The notes under the pieces are model-generated. The model did no database searches and was not told the DNA's origin. It saw only the letters and a list, made by a program, of their open reading frames with translations. From Deltaproteobacteria bacterium (lineage in GTDB: Bacteria; Myxococcota_A; UBA9160; SMWR01), in contig JAHEEJ010000002.1 of NCBI GenBank assembly GCA_024640705.1, forward strand, positions 1 to 37,710: a stretch of DNA of 37,710 bases. Direction: 5' to 3'. Below are positions 19,326 through 28,162 of this stretch, piece after piece. Position numbers and translations under genes: made by a program. Each line of letters begins with the position of its first letter. Position 1 is the first letter of the stretch.

Positions 19326-20510
19326 TTAAGACCTCCTGGAGAACACGCCGCGGAACCGGCCGGCGATGCTTTGAGCGGGCTTCAATTGCGGGGCATCGAC
19401 GCCGCACCACGCGTAGACGTCGAATGCGAGCTGGCGATAGGCTTTGTGGATTGCACTCCCGCGTGCCATCTGCCCGATTGGCCGACCCTGATTGACACTT
19501 TCGGCTGTTGTCGCGTAGTCGTTCGGGATGAGCGCATCGGGCTCACTCCCCAAGACGCGCTTGAAATCACTCACCGTTACCGCGTCGCCCTTCGAGTGGC
19601 GGTTTCCCACCATGCGAGTCCGCAATCCATTGAGCGCCAGCCCTTCGAGGAGTTTTTTGTGTTGACGGGCGTGGTTCAACGTCGGGACATCGAAGAGGCT
19701 CACCAACAAGACCTGATCGGAGAGGGTCAACGCCTGGACACTGGCTTCGTTCCAACTGCGGGAAACATCCACGATCACCCAATCGAACTCGGATCGCAGG
19801 ATCGGCAGCACCCTCTCGACGTGAAGGCTTCGAATGCTCTCGGCATCCTCCATCAGCGTAGGAGCCGCGAGGATCTGAACACCGCTCTCGTGGCCCTTGA
19901 GGATGGTGCGAAGGTAGGTGGCGTCGAGTTCCTCCTCGGCGCGAGCGAGGTCTGCCAACGTGTAGGTGGGATCCACGTCGAAGTGCAGCGCAACATCGCC
20001 TAGCGGATAGTTGAGATCCACGAGTGCGACGCGACCCCCGACTTCCTGAAGCGAAGCCGCGAGCTGACAAGCCAGCACGGTCGCACCAACGCCCCCCTTG
20101 GTGCCCATCACCGACACCACCCGGCCTTCAGAATCCGCCAAATCTGGACTTGCAGAGCGCACCAGATCGACGAGGACCGAGTTCAGTTCCGCCTCCGAGA
20201 GTTCATCCGGAAAGAAGTGCTTCACACCGAGATGCATGGCACGCAGGATCAGCGAACTCTCCGTGTGCGGCCCGGATACCAGTGTCAACGGCAGCCTTAC
20301 CGGCAGAGTCTCCAGTAGATCGAGAACGATGTGGGGAGCGTGGCCCAGATCGACAAAGAGGCCATCGGGCCGTTCGGACTTCAGAGCTCCGAGAAGCTGA
20401 TCTGGATCGCTGATCACAGCCGCTGCGCGCGCCTGCCCGCTCGCCGCGATTTGCTTTTCGATCTCTGCAGCGAACTCGGGCTCTTCTGAGAAGATGACGA
20501 ACGAAAACAT
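19326..20510 (-). CDS. cpaE: CpaE/TadZ: receiver-like N-domain plus MinD/ParA-type ATPase
   Basis: The internal ATG at 20510 gives [12 protein letters not shown]... The N-terminal ~120 aa are receiver-like (LFVDLG). The deviant Walker A is [14 protein letters not shown]. The overall layout matches TadZ. Confidence 0.85.
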   Translation of the reverse strand: MFSFVIFSEEPEFAAEIEKQIAASGQARAAAVISDPDQLLGALKSERPDGLFVDLGHAPHIVLDLLETLPVRLPLTLVSGPHTESSLILRAMHLGVKHFFPDELSEAELNSVLVDLVRSASPDLADSEGRVVSVMGTKGGVGATVLACQLAASLQEVGGRVALVDLNYPLGDVALHFDVDPTYTLADLARAEEELDATYLRTILKGHESGVQILAAPTLMEDAESIRSLHVERVLPILRSEFDWVIVDVSRSWNEASVQALTLSDQVLLVSLFDVPTLNHARQHKKLLEGLALNGLRTRMVGNRHSKGDAVTVSDFKRVLGSEPDALIPNDYATTAESVNQGRPIGQMARGSAIHKAYRQLAFDVYAWCGVDAPQLKPAQSIAGRFRGVFSRRS

Positions 20511-20594
20511 GTTCAAACCTCTGTCGTATGCCGGTTGCGAAATAAGCCCCAAGCGTTCAAATGGCACATCTCGTTTCGATCGCGAATCCGCGGC

Positions 20595-20891
20595 TCAGTT
20601 GGATTCGATCTGGAATACAGTCGGCGCCGGTTGCTGCGTGTTGGGCTGACTCTGCTTCTCGTAATAGCGATTCATCAAAATTGCAGCCGTATCCGGATCG
20701 ACCTGTGGATTTTCGATGTTGTCGTGGCTCGCGTTCGGATTTGCGGTCTGCATGGCGATGTTCGCGCGGACGGCTTCACCCATATGCTGATGAACCAGCG
20801 AGGGGCCCATCGGAGTAAGCGATTCACAGCCAATCAGCGTGACCATTCCAGCGACAGCTGCCGCCAGGATTCCCAGTTGCAGCGTTCTCAT
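20595..20891 (-). CDS. Small lipoprotein, short CpaD-like pilus biogenesis protein
   Basis: Lipobox VTLIGC|ES. NIAMQTANPNASHDN...DPDTAAILMNRYYEK resembles the C-terminal CpaD motif (N-l-a-a-x-v-ANP-x-DL ... Y-r-k) as I recall it. The ATG overlaps the secretin stop by 4 nt (ATGA, 20888-20891). Confidence 0.55.
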   Translation of the reverse strand: MRTLQLGILAAAVAGMVTLIGCESLTPMGPSLVHQHMGEAVRANIAMQTANPNASHDNIENPQVDPDTAAILMNRYYEKQSQPNTQQPAPTVFQIESN

Positions 20892-22411
20892 TGGGCACCT
20901 CCCTCAAACGAAGTTGTGATGCGATTACCGATTGCACCGATCATTCCCTCGGTCTCGAACTTCGGAGCCGGCTTGCCAGCGGCAGCTTCAGGCGGCATGC
21001 CCTCCAATGCACCATACAGGTAGAAGTCCGCCGCGGACGGCTCGATGAAATGGTCGGTTGGGAGAGGATGCGGTCCCGGCCCAAGCGGTTTGACGAGGGT
21101 CGGTGTAACGATGATCACGAGCTCAGTCTCTTCCTTGATGAACTGCGTGCTCCGGAATAGAGCGCCGATGATCGGAACGCTCCCGAAAAGCGGATACTTG
21201 CCAGCAAGTTCGCGGATCTCCTCGTTGAGCAGGCCCGCAATCATGAAGCTCTGACCGTCAGCGAGTTCCACGCTGGTCGATGCGCGTCGGGTTGCAAAGC
21301 CCGGTACGAGCGTGCCACTCACCTCGGTCCCAAACGTGAAATCCGCACGGCTCACTTCGGGATTCACGGTGAGGTGGATCCGGTCCGGTCCGAGCACCGT
21401 AGGCGTAAACGAAAGACCCACACCAAATTCGTGGTATTCGACGGAGATCGATCCAGCGATCGCTCCGCTCTGCACGACGGGAATGGGCACCTCGCCACCC
21501 ACCAGGAAGTTTGCAGACTCTCCGCTTCGTGCGACCAGGGTCGGCTCGGCGAGAATCTTACTGAGTCCTTCCTCCTCGAGAATGTCCATGACGAACTCGA
21601 GAAGCTCGAGTGCGCCGAGGCTCGAGAACGATCCGAAGATCTTGCCCACGCCGGATGCCGCGTCCGCCAGGCCTCCAAATCCCCCCAAGAGCCCGACCGG
21701 ACCCTTCCCAGTCGAAATCAACGCGGCGAAGTTGGTGCCGAACTCTCGCTTCAGATTGCGAGACATCTCCGCGACGACGACCTTCAACATGACCTGGTGA
21801 TTGCCGCCTACCTCGATCAAATTGACGATTCGCGTCTCTTCTTCATTCTTGCCAAGCATTCCTTCGGTGATCTTGAGGGCCTGATCGAGCAAGACGTCGC
21901 TCGGCACACTGCCTCTGAGGATGATCGCGTTCCCGGCACCCTCAACCTGAATCGAGTCGTTGTTCATCAACCGCTGAACAGACCGCTCGATGTGTGAAAA
22001 TGGAGTGCCCACATGGACTTCGATGACGGCCTGCGGCCTGCCCTTGCTGTCCAGGAACAACACGTTCGTGATGCCAACCGATTTCGCGACGAGCTGGATA
22101 TCTCTATCGCCTAGTGCCACCACATCCAATATTGCGGCGTCGCCCACCGAAATCCGCTTCACGGCGTAATCCGTCGTGATGCTGATCGACTTACCGCGCT
22201 CGATCTCGAGATCGTGCAATCGCTCCTGCTCGCTGAGCGGAAGCGCGAGTCGAATCGGACCTTCAGCGGGATTCAGCGTCGCAGCCGAACTCGTCACCGA
22301 AGTTCCAGACAGCACGAGCATCCACAAGGCGATGGCCGAACAAACCAGGATCCGCATCATCCATCCGGCTCTACCGGAAGGTCCACTTGTTGTGGTGTAG
22401 TGTACAAACAT
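20888..22411 (-). CDS. cpaC: Tad secretin CpaC/RcpA (BON-like N-domain plus secretin domain)
   Basis: ATG at 22411 preceded by AGGAG (atcAGGAGactggcATG). TM/signal MMRILVCSAIALWMLVL. The core has VMLKVVVAEMSRN, ...LAEPTLVARSGESANFLVGGEVPIPV... and ELVIIVTPTLVKP, which are secretin hallmarks. Confidence 0.9.
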   Translation of the reverse strand: MFVHYTTTSGPSGRAGWMMRILVCSAIALWMLVLSGTSVTSSAATLNPAEGPIRLALPLSEQERLHDLEIERGKSISITTDYAVKRISVGDAAILDVVALGDRDIQLVAKSVGITNVLFLDSKGRPQAVIEVHVGTPFSHIERSVQRLMNNDSIQVEGAGNAIILRGSVPSDVLLDQALKITEGMLGKNEEETRIVNLIEVGGNHQVMLKVVVAEMSRNLKREFGTNFAALISTGKGPVGLLGGFGGLADAASGVGKIFGSFSSLGALELLEFVMDILEEEGLSKILAEPTLVARSGESANFLVGGEVPIPVVQSGAIAGSISVEYHEFGVGLSFTPTVLGPDRIHLTVNPEVSRADFTFGTEVSGTLVPGFATRRASTSVELADGQSFMIAGLLNEEIRELAGKYPLFGSVPIIGALFRSTQFIKEETELVIIVTPTLVKPLGPGPHPLPTDHFIEPSAADFYLYGALEGMPPEAAAGKPAPKFETEGMIGAIGNRITTSFEGGAQ

Positions 22412-22523
22412 GCCAGTCTCCTGATTCACAGCGCTCATCACTGGTTGAATTCTCCCAAGTTCACTTCTTTCCCATGAGTTCATTGGGAACTCCGGGCAGT
22501 CGTTGCGGGACGCTTGTCCTATG

Positions 22524-22539
22524 AGCAAGGGTCGTGCCA
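22524..22539 (-). promoter_or_regulatory. Sigma-54 (RpoN) -24/-12 promoter upstream of cpaC
   Basis: The minus strand reads C-TGGCAC-GACCC-TTGCT. This is an exact match to TGGCAC-N5-TTGCW with canonical GG/GC spacing. It is 113 nt upstream of the cpaC ATG and inside a 430-bp non-coding gap. Confidence 0.6.
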
Positions 22540-22684
22540 GTGCCGATTTTCAGTTCACGGGACCGGGCGAAACACATGATGTTGTGGTTGGTTGCGCCAG
22601 CGGATGCGTATCAATGAGGGGCCCGATCTCTCCGATCGCGATGAGATCCGATGTAGGTGGCTACCCAAGACTCCCCTGCCGGAT

Positions 22685-22709
22685 ACAGGCATGAATTTTC
22701 TTGCGCCCC
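22685..22709 (-). promoter_or_regulatory. Conserved upstream box (copy B), candidate enhancer/UAS for the cpaC sigma-54 promoter
   Basis: The plus strand reads ACAGGCATGAATTTTCTTGCGCCCC, which is 21/25 identical to 28324-28348. It starts 146 bp from the -24 end of the promoter, the same offset as copy A. A second shared element, CGGATGTGTGG, lies at 22730-22740. Confidence 0.45.
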
Positions 22710-22841
22710 CCGGGCAAGCCCTATTCACGCGGATGTGTGGGGAATCCCAGGATTTTGCATGGAATACAGTGTCAGTGAAGGCAGACATGCACAGTGCAGA
22801 CTGCGCATTTCCGAATCGAAAGCGATCGGATCAGTCTGGAC

Positions 22842-23753
22842 TCAACCAGCGCGGAGTGCGCTGATCATCATATACGCGCCTGGCGCGAGGAAGATCAGCA
22901 GCAGCGCGACGAAGATCATCGTACTTGGAAGAATCAGCTTCAGGGTGGCCTTCTGCGCGCGCTCCTCGGCGCGCTGCATGCGAACAATGCGCATCGCATC
23001 CGAGTGCACCCGCAGAGCGTTTGCCAGGCTCGTCCCAAAGCGCTCGGTCTGGACCAGAAGCGCGACGAGAGAACTGATGTCGGATACACCGGTGCGATCG
23101 GCCAGGGCGCGCAAGGCCTCCGTCGTGCTCTTTCCGGCGCGCGCCTCCATGACCACCAATCCAAATTCCATCGAAACGATTGGGCACTTGGATTCGAATT
23201 CCTCCGCGACCTGCGCGAGGCTCTGATTGACGCCAAATCCGGCTTCCACGCAAACGACCATCAAGTCGAGCGCGTCGGGCAGCGCGCGGGTGATTGCGTG
23301 TTGGCGAGCTGCGATTCGGCGGTTCAGGACGATGCTCGGAAGAACGTAGAGAATCCCCGACTGGCCGATCAGCAATACGATCTGCACCAGCGGGTTCAGC
23401 GCCCAGATCGGCGGCGCCAACGCGGTGATGGCCGGAACGCCGAGCGCAAGAGTGAGGCGAATGCCGTAGTAGATCCCCGGAGCCGAAGGCTTTCGATAGC
23501 CTGCGTGTACCAGACGTGTTCGCAGACGGGACAGATCCCCACCCTCGCGTCCCCGCCCGATTCGCGCAAAGAAACCCGACAAACCACTTTCCTGACCATG
23601 TACGATCGAATCGCCCTCGAGTTCCATGGGTTGATTGGTCGCGCCGAGGCCCGCGAGTCGACGTCCTACACTCCGAGGTGCGAGAATCGCCCTGAGTGCA
23701 AACGCGAGCATCACAACAGAACCGAAAACGAGAGCGGGAATCGCGAAATTCAT
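22842..23753 (-). CDS. tadC: Tad platform protein TadC (T2SS F-domain family)
   Basis: ~300 aa, with an N-terminal TM helix, a cytoplasmic T2SSF-like domain (LPDALDLMVVCVEAGFGVNQSL) and C-terminal TM helices. GAGAGG SD. It follows tadB. Confidence 0.85.
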   Translation of the reverse strand: MNFAIPALVFGSVVMLAFALRAILAPRSVGRRLAGLGATNQPMELEGDSIVHGQESGLSGFFARIGRGREGGDLSRLRTRLVHAGYRKPSAPGIYYGIRLTLALGVPAITALAPPIWALNPLVQIVLLIGQSGILYVLPSIVLNRRIAARQHAITRALPDALDLMVVCVEAGFGVNQSLAQVAEEFESKCPIVSMEFGLVVMEARAGKSTTEALRALADRTGVSDISSLVALLVQTERFGTSLANALRVHSDAMRIVRMQRAEERAQKATLKLILPSTMIFVALLLIFLAPGAYMMISALRAG

Positions 23754-23765
23754 CGTATTGACCTC

Positions 23766-24701
23766 TCAGGCTTCCACGTCTGCGATACGCAGTGCCAGGA
23801 AATAGGCGAGTATGTCGAGCAAGAACGCGCCGCCAAGTACCATGTGCCCCCAGCTATTCTCAAACAGCGGCATCAGGTAATCGGGAGCCATTACCCAGAG
23901 GACGCAGAGAATGAAGGGAAGCCATAATGCGAGGAAGGTCGCGGCCCCACGCCCCTGGGCAGTGAGAGCGTGTACCCGCCCGGTGAATTGGGCGCGCTCG
24001 CGAATCAATGTGCTGAGTCGATCGAGGAGCTCGGCGAGATTACCGCCCGTCTGACGCTGGATCAGCACTGCGGTCGTCAGATAGGGAAGGTTTTCATTAT
24101 CGACTCGCCGCATCAGGTTTCCGAGTGCATCTCGAAGCTCGAGCCCGAGCCGAACTTCCTCTGCAACGACAGCAAACTCCGTTCCGATCGGATCGGCGAG
24201 TTCCTCGCCGACCATCTGGAACCCAGCGACCAGCGAGTGCCCACTGCGCATCGAGCGGGTGACCAACTCCAGACCGCTGGAGAGCTGCGCGTCAAAGGCT
24301 CGCATGCGCTTTTTCGACTTCGAGCGAAACATGACCAACGGGAAGATGCCGATCAGGATGGCTGGCGCAGCTCGAAGTGAATCCTGCGTAACTGTAAAAA
24401 CAGCGAAGAAACCGATCGCTGAAAGTGCCAGAGAAATTGCGAGAAAACGGCGCACGCTCATGAGGCTGCCGGCTCGGTAGAGCAGGAGTTCGAGCTCGAT
24501 CAACTTTCGGATATGCGAAGTTCCGCGGCGGCGAAGGAGCGATCCTCCGCTCTCCATTTCGACATTACCGACTCTCGAAGCGAGATGGGTGAGTCGACTT
24601 CGCACACGAGCCGGATCCGAGCGTCTGCTGAAGATCTCCGCCAGGCCCTCGAGGGCCAACAACGCTGCGACGAACACGAATACGAATACCATGATCTGCA
24701 T
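23766..24701 (-). CDS. tadB: Tad platform protein TadB (T2SS F-domain family)
   Basis: ~311 aa with an N-terminal TM helix. SSGLELVTRSMRSGHSLVAGF and QRQTGGNLAELLD are motifs typical of TadB/GspF-like proteins. AGGAG SD. Confidence 0.85.
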   Translation of the reverse strand: MQIMVFVFVFVAALLALEGLAEIFSRRSDPARVRSRLTHLASRVGNVEMESGGSLLRRRGTSHIRKLIELELLLYRAGSLMSVRRFLAISLALSAIGFFAVFTVTQDSLRAAPAILIGIFPLVMFRSKSKKRMRAFDAQLSSGLELVTRSMRSGHSLVAGFQMVGEELADPIGTEFAVVAEEVRLGLELRDALGNLMRRVDNENLPYLTTAVLIQRQTGGNLAELLDRLSTLIRERAQFTGRVHALTAQGRGAATFLALWLPFILCVLWVMAPDYLMPLFENSWGHMVLGGAFLLDILAYFLALRIADVEA

Positions 24702-24710
24702 GAGCGTCTC

Positions 24711-25868
24711 CTAGTTCACGATCACGGGGTAGTCGGCTGAAACGCTGCCAATCACGCTGCCACCTGGCCCGAGTCCGGGCATGTCGCAACGCGGATCACT
24801 CGCGCAGACGAAGTCGCCCTTGATGACCTTGTCTGGAGTGACGATGATCTCGCGAATGTCGAAGCAGAGAAAACCCACGATGTTCTGGGGCGTTCCGCTC
24901 GCGCACTTGGCACCGGGATTTTGACACTCGACCATCGGCAATGATACGACCCACGAATCCTTGACCCCATCTCCGTCCGTGTCGGTCCCCTCGGCATCGA
25001 AGCGATCCTTGATGTCTTGAACGACTGGCGTCTTGGTGCCGTTGTCCAGGTAGATGGGTTCGTCGCCGATTTCGCCCGCATTTCCGTTCTGGACGACCTG
25101 GGTGAGACCGTTGGTGCTCACCGCGGAGCTTTCTCCGTCGAAAACCGTCCAGCATGCGTTCTGCGTCGGAGTCGCAAAGAACTCGAGGCATGTGACCATT
25201 TCCCCACTCGGCGGCGAAAGCGTACAGTCGGGGTCCGGAGGGGCATTCGTGATGGTGTCGCAGTAGTTCTGGGTGCACTCGGCGCCGGGCGCGTTGCCAG
25301 CAACCGCACAGCAGTCGATCGCGATCGGCAGTTCCGCGACACCCGCCCCGCCGCCTCCCGCGAAGCCCCATTCTGCGACCGCATCGGTCCGAACGGTGAT
25401 CGAATCGATTCCCATCACACGCCCGAAGATCGTGTTGATCGGTCCGTTCACGCTGCTATCGCGGCGGGCAATGACCCGAACGGCGCGCATGACATCCGGA
25501 TCTGTATTGCCAGGGAGTGGCGTAAAGGTCTGGGAGGCCATGTCCCAGCTACCGGCCTCGACGTCCACAGCGGCTAGCGAAATACTGCTACCGAGCGCTT
25601 CGTGCTGGGGTCCGTACGCCATTGCTGCGGCGCGAGCCCCCGCTTCGTCGACAGCCGAGAAATCAGGCGATAGCAGATTTCCGACGCCCGCCAGCGCAGC
25701 GGCATCAGCGGCTGCTTGAAGCTGGCTCTGCGTCTGCCACGCGCGCCCGCTCTCAGTCGCCCACGCCGCAAGTCCGAGCAAAATTGCCAGAGAGAGAGTC
25801 GCAAAAACCAGGATCGAACCCCGCTCGGTTTTGCTGCCTACCCGGAACTGGTTTTGGTTTTCATCCAT
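24711..25868 (-). CDS. TadG-like minor pilin/pilus-associated protein (Tad_N-type N-terminus, Cys-rich C-terminal domain)
   Basis: ERGSILVFATLSLAILLGLAAW matches the TadE/G N-terminal hydrophobic segment. The N-terminal half is TadG-like (AAADAAALAG...). The C-terminal ~200 aa contain 13 Cys and a DTDGDGVKD Ca-binding-like motif. GGAGAG SD. Confidence 0.7.
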   Translation of the reverse strand: MDENQNQFRVGSKTERGSILVFATLSLAILLGLAAWATESGRAWQTQSQLQAAADAAALAGVGNLLSPDFSAVDEAGARAAAMAYGPQHEALGSSISLAAVDVEAGSWDMASQTFTPLPGNTDPDVMRAVRVIARRDSSVNGPINTIFGRVMGIDSITVRTDAVAEWGFAGGGGAGVAELPIAIDCCAVAGNAPGAECTQNYCDTITNAPPDPDCTLSPPSGEMVTCLEFFATPTQNACWTVFDGESSAVSTNGLTQVVQNGNAGEIGDEPIYLDNGTKTPVVQDIKDRFDAEGTDTDGDGVKDSWVVSLPMVECQNPGAKCASGTPQNIVGFLCFDIREIIVTPDKVIKGDFVCASDPRCDMPGLGPGGSVIGSVSADYPVIVN

Positions 25869-25934
25869 TACAACTCTCCATTGACTCGATTTGCGTTCGA
25901 CACGGGTTTTGAAGTCGCTCCCCTGCCCGCGCGA

Positions 25935-26750
25935 TCAGAGTTTCTGGTCCTCGACTTCGGTTCCGCGAACGATTTTGATCCTCTTGCTGGCGGAAGCCAC
26001 CACCCGCTTGGTGGGCTCTTTCTTGCTCAATTTGCGGTCGTCGAGTACGTCAGCAACTCCGACTCTCTGCGTCACGACGTTCTTGTCATCACCAGGGGTA
26101 CGGAGAGCCAGCTGGAGCCGTCCCTCGTGCGACACGTAGATCAGGTGCTCTGCCTGCTGAGGGTTGACTTCGAGTGTCACGACACTGACGAGCTCGGGCT
26201 CCCCACTCTTAACCTCTTCGAGCTTCTGGTCGATCGCGAGCACGCGAACATCCTGCAGGATCACTTTTGAAAAGGGAATTGCCTTATCCCAGTCGACGCG
26301 GCGAACCGTCGCCATGACGTCGACACGAGAGCCCGGCACGACAAAGCCCGCAACTCCAATTACGTTGTCGACCTTTACCGAAACTGCGCGGTAGCTGTCT
26401 TCGATCACTGCGCCAAGCCCGCCGGACGAGCCCATTGGGTAGAGCGATGACTCGAGAATGGGTTCTCCCTGTGCGAGCGGGTGCCGAACGATCCGCCCCT
26501 TGGCGTCATCGATCGAGTTGAATGCGCCCGCGGGCACGTGCTCGCTCGGCCAATCGACCAGCTTCAATTGCGTACTCGCCAAGCTCGTGGCAACCGGTAC
26601 GCCGGAACGCACCACCACTACGGACGTGGTATTGGCTGCTGCAATATTGGCAGCGTCGGATTTCGGCGAGAATTCCGATGTGACCCAGGCTGCGGCGAGG
26701 CCCATGATGACGGCCAGGCCAAGGAAAATGAGTCCGCGTCGATTCTGCAT
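25935..26750 (-). CDS. cpaB: Flp pilus assembly protein CpaB/RcpC (SAF plus RcpC domains)
   Basis: AAGGAG SD. N-terminal TM helix RGLIFLGLAVIMGLAAAW. The SAF-like segment reads GEPILESSL, followed by RAVSVKVDNVIGVAGFVVPGSRVDV and VLQDVRVLAID. Confidence 0.85.
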   Translation of the reverse strand: MQNRRGLIFLGLAVIMGLAAAWVTSEFSPKSDAANIAAANTTSVVVVRSGVPVATSLASTQLKLVDWPSEHVPAGAFNSIDDAKGRIVRHPLAQGEPILESSLYPMGSSGGLGAVIEDSYRAVSVKVDNVIGVAGFVVPGSRVDVMATVRRVDWDKAIPFSKVILQDVRVLAIDQKLEEVKSGEPELVSVVTLEVNPQQAEHLIYVSHEGRLQLALRTPGDDKNVVTQRVGVADVLDDRKLSKKEPTKRVVASASKRIKIVRGTEVEDQKL

Positions 26751-26780
26751 CTTGTGTCTCCTTCTAGATCCTCTGGCGAG

Positions 26781-27236
26781 TTACTCGTTTCGCATCACGG
26801 AGCGCGCGCTCAAGTTCGTGGTCGGTGCAAGTCCGGCAAGGGCATCGAGCGCGATGTAGTTGTACGGAACTGTCGAATTCACCGTGAGCTGGGTTCCGGT
26901 CCCCCCGCAGGCTCCAGTGACGGTCGTGACGATATCGGCGGGGTCGACGCCAGAGGCGACGATCGCAAAATTGGAAACCGTCGTTTCGATCAGGTTCGTG
27001 ACGTTCCCGGCGTCACAGGGGGATCGAAATACCACGCCAACCCGCGCGCCCTCGCGAACTGCGTTGGTCAGGCTGTTCCACTGCGTGTACGTGATCCCGA
27101 ACTCGGCGATTCCGAACACGAGCAGAATCATCACCGGGAGTACGATCGTTGCCTCGACGATGGATGTGCCGGCTTCGGCTCGCCGCTTTCGCGCGGCCTT
27201 GTTGATTCGTTCTACCACGGAGAACCCCCATACCAC
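26781..27236 (-). CDS. tadE: TadE-like pseudopilin
   Basis: RAEAGTSIVEATIVLPVMILLVFGIAEFG is the TadE N-terminal signature. ~150 aa. GTG starts are possible at 27236 or 27218. The 5' end overlaps the prepilin peptidase 3' end. Confidence 0.75.
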   Translation of the reverse strand: MVWGFSVVERINKAARKRRAEAGTSIVEATIVLPVMILLVFGIAEFGITYTQWNSLTNAVREGARVGVVFRSPCDAGNVTNLIETTVSNFAIVASGVDPADIVTTVTGACGGTGTQLTVNSTVPYNYIALDALAGLAPTTNLSARSVMRNE

Positions 27237-27856
27237 TGAGCGGCGAGGCCCACTGCGATCGCCACCGCAAACGGAATGCCACTTGATGCGATCGACTCAG
27301 CTGCGGGCGGTTCATATGAGACACGCCGAAATGTCAACATGCTCAAGAAAATACGACCCCAACGCAGAGCGAAAGAAACGAGTTCGCCACGCAGCAGGAG
27401 CATGATCAATGCGAACGCACCCCCGGCCATCAAAGCCCACGCCGCGGTTCCAAAAGTCGCTTCGGGTCCGATCCAGGCGCCGATCACCATCAGCACCTTC
27501 ACGTCCCCCGCCCCCATCCCGCCGAGCGCGTAGGGACCCACGAGCAACGCAAAACCCAGTGCGGCACCCGCCATCGCTTCGATCGGACCACTCGTTGCGC
27601 CCGCCCAGGGAGAAACGACCAACGCAGCGAGCAACGCGGGAAGCGTGAGAAGATTGGGTATCCGGTGGAAGCGAAGATCGCTTGCCACCGCAAAGAAGAG
27701 GAACGCCGCTGCCCATCCAAAGACGGGCAGCGGCGTCGAACTCGTGAGCCCCGCACCAACCAAGATCAACCCCAGCCCGAGGGCTGCGCTCCATGCAACG
27801 CTCGCAGGGCGCACCTCGGGCCTCGAAGAGCCGATCGTGATCGTTCCGGTGCTCAT
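27212..27856 (-). CDS. cpaA: Flp prepilin peptidase CpaA/TadV (A24 aspartyl peptidase)
   Basis: Polytopic. The two catalytic Asp contexts are VASDLRFHRIPN and GMGAGDVKVLMVIG. It begins 20 nt after the flp stop. Confidence 0.85.
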   Translation of the reverse strand: MSTGTITIGSSRPEVRPASVAWSAALGLGLILVGAGLTSSTPLPVFGWAAAFLFFAVASDLRFHRIPNLLTLPALLAALVVSPWAGATSGPIEAMAGAALGFALLVGPYALGGMGAGDVKVLMVIGAWIGPEATFGTAAWALMAGGAFALIMLLLRGELVSFALRWGRIFLSMLTFRRVSYEPPAAESIASSGIPFAVAIAVGLAAQWYGGSPW

Positions 27857-27876
27857 TTTCCGAATACCTAGATTGA

Positions 27877-28047
27877 CTAGATGCCGGAAGTCGCCGTGTC
27901 GAGGGCGGTCACGCCGCGCAGCACGTCAGCGCCGATCTGGATGAACAGAAGCGCTCCAACAGCCACGATCACGCCACCAACAATCGCCCACTCGACGGTC
28001 TCGAGACCGCTGTCGTCCAGCATGAACTTCTTGATCTGGTTCAGCAT
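27877..28047 (-). CDS. flp: Flp-family type IVb/c pilin
   Basis: ATG at 28047 preceded by TAGGAG. MLNQIKKFMLDDSG|LETVEWAIVGGVIVAVGALLF has the Flp motif: cleavage after Gly, Glu at +5 and an aromatic residue at +6. 56 aa. Confidence 0.8.
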   Translation of the reverse strand: MLNQIKKFMLDDSGLETVEWAIVGGVIVAVGALLFIQIGADVLRGVTALDTATSGI

Positions 28048-28162
28048 TTTCCAACTCCTAAGCATGTCTATTCCAATACTTCCGCAGCCGTGACTTCACG
28101 TCTGTGGATGGGCTCTGGACTACGTCCGCGCCCTGCACCCCACTTGGGGCGCTGGACCTAGG

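Noticed and set aside
22555-22788. 77-aa minus-strand ORF inside the tadC-cpaC gap (also 22503..22694 + and 22592..22864 +)
   Set aside because: There is no SD. Third-position GC is very low compared with neighbouring genes, and the translation is featureless. I treat it as non-coding regulatory DNA.
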